Origin: Octopus bimaculoides
Lineage: Eukaryota
Direction: 5' to 3'
Assembly: GCF_001194135.2 (NCBI RefSeq)
Contig: NC_068991.1
Span: 74,455,985 to 74,499,996 of the forward strand
DNA length: 44,012 bases
The notes beneath the pieces were generated by a model, which saw only the letters and a list, made by a program, of their open reading frames with translations, searched no databases and was not told the origin of the DNA. Every line of letters begins with the position of its first letter. Positions within the stretch are counted from its first letter, which is position 1. The position numbers were made by a program, and so were the translations under genes. Positions 24,664 to 34,492 of the stretch are shown here, one piece after another.

Positions 24664-27600
24664 GTGAACGTTTTACATTCATACATAATAAAACAACGAC
24701 ATATGAATGAATGCAAGTAAAGATCATAGAAAATTTGGAAAGTATTCTTTCACACGACGGAAAGAAGTATTTGACTCGTTAATAACAAATAGTTAATGAC
24801 TGGATGGTAAAAGACCTGCGTTTTCAGTACACATTTCAACAGTGCATAAATGTATTTCTGTTTGCTATTATCTCGGGGGCACTGAATAATTCAGAAGCCC
24901 TTTTAACATTTATTCTTTTTTTTTTTATTTTTCATTTTGTTACAGTTTCTTTGTTGTTTTGTTTTGTGTATCCATTGATAACATACTGCTTATACATGGT
25001 CAAATTTATTCATTAAATGAATTTGAGTGAATATTCATTGTTCTAGGAAGGGGTAAAGCAGTTTTACGCTAACAGGAGATGAAGCAGTTGGCGGAATTAG
25101 AAAGAACTAAAAAACGAAGAATTAATAGCAGAGTTCAGGATGTGAATGAAGTTGAGACAAGGTGAATAAGGTGGATATGGGGAAGGTTTTGGAGCTGTAC
25201 TTTAGCAAATTCGTTATGAGATATTTGATGGGAAAAAGATGGATTGTGGCAAAAGACCTTGGAGAGACAAGAGAAGAATTTGGTAAAGAATATAGAGACA
25301 AAATTGTCAGGAAGCTGTAACAGAATACAAGACAGAAGAATTTCACAACGAACTTTCGTTATTATTTTCGACGTACAAGTTACTACGAAAACGATGAGGC
25401 ATAGATAGGTTAACGAGGAATACGTAACTTGGAGAATATGGGTTGGGGGGAAAACTAGAGCCATTTTTGATAATGGGGTAACTGGGGAAGAGGTAAGAGA
25501 CATAATGTGGTCAAGGGGAAGTAAGTGAGTAACAAGTATTTATTGCACAACTTGAAGTTTGATAAGCAAGTGTGAGTGGGGGAAAATATTTACGAATAAA
25601 AGGTTTAGAATTTAACAACGGTGATGATTAAGTAATGAGGAAATATGTTGTCATCATCATCATCATCATCATCATCGTTTAACGTCCGCTTTCCATGCTA
25701 GCATGGGTTGGACGACTTGACTGAGGACTGGTGAAACCGGATGGCAACACCAGGCTCCAATCTAAATTTGGCAGAGTTTCTACAGCTGGATGCCCTTCCT
25801 AACGCCAGCTGTGTTGTAGGAAAATAGAGAGCAATGTATCACGACGAGAATAAATACTGGAGAAAGTGGAATTGCTATACTATTGCCCGATGATAGTAGA
25901 GATGAAATCATCGAAGGAAAACGGTTACTAAGAATTGTATATGTGACAAGGGAAGACAGTGAGGAAGATGAAGTTAAAGGAGGATAAATAAAGAATCAGG
26001 TCTATGACAGAATTTCCTGGATTTCCGTCTATAACGACGACGAGTGTACTCGTTGATCCGATCAACGGAACAGCCTGCTCGTGGAATTAACCTGCAAGTT
26101 GATGAATACTCCATAAACACGTAGTTCTCGGGGAGCTTCAGCGTGACACAGAAAATGACACGGCTGGCCCTTTGAAATACAGATAGAAATCATTTTTGCC
26201 AGCAACATGAAATAAAATTTTTAGAGCAACATGAAATAAAATGCCTTGTTCAAACACACAACACGCCGTCAAGTATCGAACTCACAACCTTACGATCGGT
26301 ATCCAAATACCCTACCACTAAGCCATGCACCTTCACATGATGAAGTTTACATTTACAAACACATGCAAATAGAAATGTAGCTGTCAATTGAGATGTGAGG
26401 ACATGGATAGAAAAACGTGCAAAGATATAAACATATCTAAATGAACGCAGACAACGACATAAACTTGTAGATGAATAAAAGAAACGAACGAATAAACATA
26501 TATACCCCCAGCAAGGGAATACACATGGAATTTTTATATGTTCCTTCAGATGTATTGATACAAACACAAACAAGCAAATAAAAGACGGCATGGAAGAGTA
26601 TACAGGGTAGGTAAACAGATATATTTAAAATTTACAAGAAAGATGCCCTGGTGAGTGAGACGGCTGTACTGTTATGTAATAAACACACAGAGAGCATTGA
26701 AATGAAATAAGGGGTAAGAATAGAAGAAATTCAAGAAAATAGTGGAAAAGAGAAATACCTATTTCGTTATTGCCCACAAGGGGATAAACATAGAGGGAAC
26801 AAACAAGAACAGACGAACGGATTAAGTCGATTACATCGACCCCAGTGCGTAACTGGTACTTAATTTATCGACCCCGAAAGGATGAAAGGCAAAGTCGACC
26901 TCGGCGGAATTTGAACTCAGAACGTAACGGCAGACGAAATACCGCTAAGCATTTCGCCCGGCGTGCTAACGTTTCTGCCAGCTCGCCGCTTTAACGTCTT
27001 TAAAATAATAACTCTTCGATTCGGAATGTCTTGAGGTTCGACAATAACAACAAAGTATAAATAAACGAAATAAAAAGTAGTGAAACACAGGTTTTGAACT
27101 TGCATCGAAATCTCGATTTCCAAAATAGTTTATCGTTACACTACACGGATGCTGGCGAGTCCTTAACCCTTGTTGGATCGGGGAGTGTGCCGTCTTGGCA
27201 TACGGTATCTCTTGGTTATTTCCCACTTGAAAAAACGCAGCACTTTACATGTCTGAACACAAGTGGTTTCTTCCAGAGAGAATGAGAAGAATCGATTCAC
27301 AGTAATTGGATTGGTGCTTTACTTAAGGGTGTCGAATAGATGAAATGCTAATTTGACCTCGACAGGACTTGAAGTAGAGGATAGAGAGAGCAGGAACGAA
27401 CTCAGCAAGCTGTTCTATCTGATGTGCAAATGGCTCTGCTAAATCGTCGCATTATCACTCTAGTTAATTTGCTTGCATTTCTAGACATACGCTTACCTAG
27501 ACTTAAGCTCTCAACTCATTGATTGACATTGAAATCGTAAGGGTGCCGTTATAGCAAACAACGTATCGCGGACATCTTTTTAGACCTGGCTCACCTCGTA

Positions 27601-28543
27601 CCTCACCAGGTCTGCCCACAGTCAATTTCTTTCAAAAATAGAGAAAGACAGAGGGGAAAAAGAAAAGAACATCGAACCAAAACAGGACAAGTACTTTATT
27701 TGTCGAACCCTGAAAGATTAAGGTGAATTTGACCTTAGTGAGATTTGAACTAAGATCAAGGACACAGAGAGCCAGAACAATTACTACACAAAGCACTCTT
27801 TTCGACGTCATAAAGACTCTTGCCAATTGGCCGTATATGCAGAAATGAATCCAGTTATATTTATTTCGTTGAAACTTAATAATTGTGAATGAATTGAAAG
27901 TAGTTATCTAACGTTGTCTGTAACACAGGCTGACCTTATTCAATGCAGTTTCTCAAACACTTAACCAACAAAGCAGACTTTTTTCTTTTCTCTCTTTCTT
28001 TTTTAGTCCATGATTAATAGATTACAGCCAATATCTGTCTAATTAGAACATTTAAGTTCAAAAGGGCGTCTCATTTGTCCTCGTTATGAGAGGATACTCG
28101 TACGAAAGACAGACTTTCACTAGTGAACATCAACTACTAACTAAATAAACATATAAATCTTAGTAAATTTTCAATTATTCATATGACTATATTTGTGTCT
28201 GTGTGTCGGTGCATACACGTCAGAGAAAGAGTGAGTGAGTGAGAGAAGGAGGAGGAGGAGGAAGAGAAAAAAGAGAGCACACGTGATTTCTTTGGTCATA
28301 ATTCCAACCGCATGTGGTTTGGGTATGTGAATATTAAATCACGGTAATATTTGGTTGATATTTTTTTATCGACCCCACTGGAAGGAAACCACAGAAGTTG
28401 ATCGGGCAAGATTTGAACTCATAATAACAAACAAAGCACGTTTTGTCCGATACACTAATGGCTAGGGCCCACACGCATACTACTCTGCTTATTTCTATGT
28501 ATCTGGTTATACGATTTAAGGATGTGTTAGAATCTACCTGCTT

Positions 28544-28587
<44 letters not shown>

Positions 28588-31161
28588 CGTGCGTACAGTC
28601 AATTCGAAGATGTCAGGTCGTCATTAGGGATTAGATAATCCAAACATTTTACTGGTTAATCACTATAAGGAGAAAGTCTCGACGGTATGTCAGGGATTAT
28701 TATACTAATACATATTATTTATAATGAAAGAAGGAAAAGGGAGAATCACACAAATGAATTATTTATATATCCATAATTCTCCATTTTCTTTCTTTCATTA
28801 TTANNNNNNNNNNNNNNNNNNNNNNNNNNNNNNNNNNNNNNNNNNNNNNNNNNNNNNNNNNNNNNNNNNNNNNNNNNNNNNNNNNNNNNNNNNNNNNNNN
28901 NNNNNNNNNNNNNNNNNNNNNNNNNNNNNNNNNNNNNNNNNNNNNNNNNNNNNNNNNNNNNNNNNNNNNNNNNNNNNNNNNNNNNNNNNNNNNNNNNNNN
29001 NNNNNNNNNNNNNNNNNNNNNNNNNNNNNNNNNNNNNNNNNNNNNNNNNNNNNNNNNNNNNNNNNNNNNNNNNNNNNNNNNNNNNNNNNNNNNNNNNNNN
29101 NNNNNNNNNNNNNNNNNNNNNNNNNNNNNNNNNNNNNNNNNNNNNNNNNNNNNNNNNNNNNNNNNNNNNNNNNNNNNNNNNNNNNNNNNNNNNNNNNNNN
29201 NNNNNNNNNNNNNNTAACACATGGCGCATCGTGGGTCTATGGCTATGACCCCGAAAGCAATACTCAGCTGAAGACCCCCAACCTCTCCAATGTGTTCGAC
29301 TACAAGAGCATTCTTCATCGTGTGTATTGATCCACCGGGTCAGACAGTAAACAAGGTGTACTATAGTGACGTGTTGCGGAATTTGCGGGATGCTGTTCGT
29401 CGGAAAAGGACAGAGTTGCATGCATCTGGTGAGCAGTAAGTCCACCAGGACAACGCACCTGTCCATCCAGCACAACGTGTGCAAAAGGTTTTGGACAAGC
29501 ACAGCATTCCAAATCCGATGACCACAATATTCCCCAGATCTCACCATTTGCAACTTGTTTCTCTCTCCAAATATCTAAGCCTACGTGAAAGGAACAAGAT
29601 ACCAAGATGTCGACGAAATCCAAGAGAATGCGACGAGGCAGCTGCTCGCTGTCCCAAAAGAGGAGTTCCAGGAATGCTTCCATCAAAGGAAACCACTCTG
29701 AAAAAAGGTGTACCATCAGAAGGGGCCTACTTCGAAGGACATCAAATGCCGAATTGATGTGTATTGTTGGCAGCTCAGCTTATTACAGGGGTAGCAATAA
29801 TATATTAGAATTGCGATAATCTGGGATAATTATAACGACCTCCCCTGAAAAAGTATCCAGAATACATTTCGAATGTGTAAGTGTAGTCGTGTATGTAATC
29901 AAGACTGCGTGTCAGTGTATGAATGTGTGTGTGTGTGAGTGAGTGTATGTGTATGTGTATGTGTGTGAGTGAGTGTCTGAGTGTGTGAATGAGTTGTGTG
30001 TGAATGAGTTGTGTGTGTGAGTGAGTGAGTGAATGTGTGTGCATGAGTGAGTGTGCGTGTGTGCGTGAGTGATTATGTGCGTGTATGTGTGTGTGTGTGT
30101 GTGAGTGAGTGTGTGTGAGTTGTGTGAGTGAGTGTCTGAATGTGTGTGAGCGAGTGTGCGTGTGAATGTGAGTGAGTGAGTGAGTGTGTGTGCATGTGTG
30201 TAAGCTCACGTTATGCAAATATGCTAAATTTGAACAATGATCCCTTAATTATGTAACCCCTTACCCCGTTAATCTTTTTCAACTTCAGCTTTTATTTTTA
30301 TTTTTACGTTTATTTTATTTTTTGTTAATATATTTCCATTCATTATTATTTTTGGTATTAAGGCGGCGAGCTGACTGAATGCTTAGCGGTATTTCGCCCG
30401 TCGTTACGTTCTGTGTTCAAATTCCACCGAGGTCGACTTTGCCTTTCATACTTTCGGGGTCGATAAAATAAGTACCAATTGCGTATGTATGTATGTATGT
30501 ATGTTTGTAATAATCTTCAGGCTCATTCAGATTGCGTGTCCCTAAGGGGTGACGTGTTTACTGGTTACGGCTAAATCCAGTCCTGCTAACTTCTTCAATG
30601 TTATAAAAAGTTGTCCTACATTGCTTTGATTATATAAAAGTTGAAACTATTTCCCTCCACTTTTGCTAATAACCGCCTTGTGGAAAAACCATTCTCTTTA
30701 CCCTACTTTTGAAATGGTGTACTGATTTAGTTTCTTGTCAAAATAAACGAATATAGAGAGATCAAGAGCATTCAAATATATATTCACATACGACCACGCT
30801 TTTGAAAAACAAGTTTAAAGTAGAGCAGTTTTATTTGTACTTTTACTCCTACACTTCACAAATATACGAACACACACACATATATATTATGTTGTTTACA
30901 ACGGCATACATGTTTATGTATACTTCGTAATAGAAATAAGAACGGAAATTTTGTAGGAAGGGGCTAGTCGCTTATATCGAGCCCGGTGATTAACTGGCAC
31001 TTATTTTATCGACCCCCGAAAGAAGAAAAAGACAAAACCGATCGTAGCGGAATTTTAAATCGGGGCGGAAAGATACACGAAGTGTTGGGCGGCATTCTGT
31101 CTGGTGTGCTCATGATTCTGTCAGCTCGCTTCATATCTATCTATCTATCTATCTATCTATC

Positions 31162-31213
<52 letters not shown>

Positions 31214-33769
31214 NNNNNNNNNNNNNNNNNNNNNNNNNNNNNNNNNNNNNNNNNNNNNNNNNNNNNNNNNNNNNNNNNNNNNNNNNNNNNNNNNNNNNNN
31301 NNNNNNNNNNNNNNNNNNNNNNNNNNNNNNNNNNNNNNNNNNNNNNNNNNNNNNNNNNNNNNNNNNNNNNNNNNNNNNNNNNNNNNNNNNNNNNNNNNNN
31401 NNNNNNNNNNNNNNNNNNNNNNNNNNNNNNNNNNNNNNNNNNNNNNNNNNNNNNNNNNNNNNNNNNNNNNNNNNNNNNNNNNNNNNNNNNNNNNNNNNNN
31501 NNNNNNNNNNNNNNNNNNNNNNNNNNNNNNNNNNNNNNNNNNNNNNNNNNNNNNNNNNNNNNNNNNNNNNNNNNNNNNNNNNTATATATATATATATGTA
31601 TGTATGTATCAAAATAAGCAACAGGATATCCAGAAGTAATGCAGTACGATTGTTTCAAGCGACACCATTTAATTGATCAATGCAATCATTACATCAATTT
31701 AAATGCAGAGCAATTCTCAGCTGCATAAATACATAGAATTAAATTAAATTAAAACAGATGGACACATTAGTATAATTTTTACCTAAAACCTCCAAGAAGG
31801 TAAGGTGATAGACAAAGATCATGCTGTCTTCACTTCAGCTTAGAAGCTACTATATCTATATCTATTGTTGTGTCTGGGGAAAATCGTTCTATTTTAATGC
31901 CTTGCTTCTTGCAACGAAAATTTTAGAAAAAAATTAAACATGTGGAAACTGAACCGGTGAGTGTGTTAATTGATAAGGCATTAAAACAGAATGACTCTCC
32001 CCAGACACAACAAAATATGCTTCAACTCACGAATTCACATAAAGAATCTTGCAAACTAAATTCAAAAACGAAATATACAGGGGTTGAACAAAATAATGGA
32101 AACACCTAGCATCATAGCATCATAATTTTGAAATATATTTAAAACCGTCAAAGGCTTATTTATTTTTATGTTTTTTCATTTATTATTAGCGTTGCTTAAT
32201 ATGTTAACATTGCTGTTTCTTTTCAGATATCATCAGGAAAAGGTAATTAAAATTCATTAAAATGACAAATCTATCGGACATTCAAAGAGGTATATATATG
32301 CATATATCTGTGGAAGTGGTGGAGATGGTAGGTGTGGAAGTGGCGGTGGTGAAAGGCGTATTTTTAAAAAAACTGAACCAAGTTTTTTTTTCATGTCATC
32401 TATCACTTAACGCATGCGCATAAGTACAATTCCGTAAAATATTCACGCTAATTTACCAGGCAGACATATGCAATTTAACTAAAGGTTGTGTCATATGTAC
32501 GGGGTATTGTGTGCGTGTTTTTTGTCTCTATGGGAAAAATGGAAACATAAGAGTACATATTTATTTTATGAGTGCTGTATATTAAGTCTATAGAATTGTG
32601 CATAAAGTTTTTTGTTGTTGGCACTCCGTCGCTCACGACGTCGAGGGTTTCAGTTGATCCGATCAACGGAACAGCCTGCTCGTGAAATTAACGTGAAAAT
32701 GGCTGAGCACTCCACAGACACGTGTACCCTTAACGTAGTTCTCGGGGATATTCAGCGTGACAAGGCTGGCCCTTTGAATTACAGACACAACAGAAACAGG
32801 AAGTAAGAGTGAGAGAAAGTTGTAGTGGAAGAGTACAGCAGGGTTCGCCACTATCCTCTGCCGNNNNNNNNNNNNNNNNNNNNNNNNNNNNNNNNNNNNN
32901 NNNNNNNNNNNNNNNNNNNNNNNNNNNNNNNNNNNNNNNNNNNNNNNNNNNNNNNNNNNNNNNNNNNNNNNNNNNNNNNNNNNNNNNNNNNNNNNNNNNN
33001 NNNNNNNNNNNNNNNNNNNNNNNNNNNNNNNNNNNNNNNNNNNNNNNNNNNNNNNNNNNNNNNNNNNNNNNNNNNNNNNNNNNNNNNNNNNNNNNNNNNN
33101 NNNNNNNNNNNNNNNNNNNNNNNNNNNNNNNNNNNNNNNNNNNNNNNNNNNNNNNNNNNNNNNNNNNNNNNNNNNNNNNNNNNNNNNNNNNNNNNNNNNN
33201 NNNNNNNNNNNNNNNNNNNNNNNNNNNNNNNNNNNNNNNNNNNNNNNNNNNNNNNNNNNNNNNNNNNNNNNNNNNNNNNNNNNNNNNNNNNNNNNNNNNN
33301 NNNNNNNNNNNNNNNNNNNNNNNNNNNNNNNNNNNNNNNNNNNNNNNNNNNNNNNNNNNNNNNNNNNNNNNNNNNNNNNNNNNNNNNNNNNNNNNNNNNN
33401 NNNNNNNNNNNNNNNNNNNNNNNNNNNNNNNNNNNNNNNNNNNNNNNNNNNNNNNNNNNNNNNNNNNNNNNNNNNNNNNNNNNNNNNNNNNNNNNNNNNN
33501 NNNNNNNNNNNNNNNNNNNNNNNNNNNNNNNNNNNNNNNNNNNNNNNNNNNNNNNNNNNNNNNNNNNNNNNNNNNNNNNNNNNNNNNNNNNNNNNNNNNN
33601 NNNNNNNNNNNNNNNNNNNNNNNNNNNNNNNNNNNNNNNNNNNNNNNNNNNNNNNNNNNNTATATATATTTGTGTATATGTATGTATATGTGCATGCATA
33701 TGTATTACGCAAACACACACATACACAGACAAACACGTGCGCGCGCACACACATATACATACATGGATG

Positions 33770-33836
<67 letters not shown>

Positions 33837-34278
33837 CGATAGATAGATAGATCGATTCGTTTTGCTGTGAACTTAAACAAAAAGAAAAGTACACAATACC
33901 AGTTATAGAATTTATATAGTTGTTCGAACCTATGTTCTCGCTTCTGTGCTGTTTTAGGTGTGCACACACATAAGCGAGAAATTCGCAATAGCGTAAGAGT
34001 AAATTACACTACATCGAACCAGTATTATCTCTGGAGAAGGTAGAACAATCAACTAGTGACAGTTGGGACCAGTTCTAAATAGAAAGGGGATAGAATTATA
34101 AGAACCAAGAATTTTCCAAGATTTCGATGCTACTTAGTTCATAAAGGTGCCCTAAATTTTTGTATATCTTTTATCTTTGACATTTTTCATTCATTATCCT
34201 GCGGCCATTCTAGGGCACCGCCTTGAATTATTTTTGTAGTCGATTGAATTGACCCCAGTACTTATTATTATTATTATC

Positions 34279-34313
<35 letters not shown>

Positions 34314-34405
34314 CAGCTTGGTACTTATTATATCTGTCGCTTTTCCGAGGTGCCAAGTTACGGGGACGTAAAAAACCAGCATCGGTTGTCAAGCGGTGGT
34401 GGAGG

Positions 34406-34436
<31 letters not shown>

Positions 34437-34458
34437 TATACATGTGTGTGTATGTGTT

Positions 34459-34492
<34 letters not shown>

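Noticed and set aside
26201-26241. 17-bp direct repeat agcaacatgaaataaaa (and a 20-bp tandem duplication at 3322-3361)
   Set aside because: These are short-period local slippage duplications at repeat junctions with nothing inserted; common and uninformative.
26250-26591. Hydrophobic 113-aa minus ORF containing YIFARF
   Set aside because: It has no GRK motif or usable splice sites, and its end runs into a SINE head; compositional artefact.
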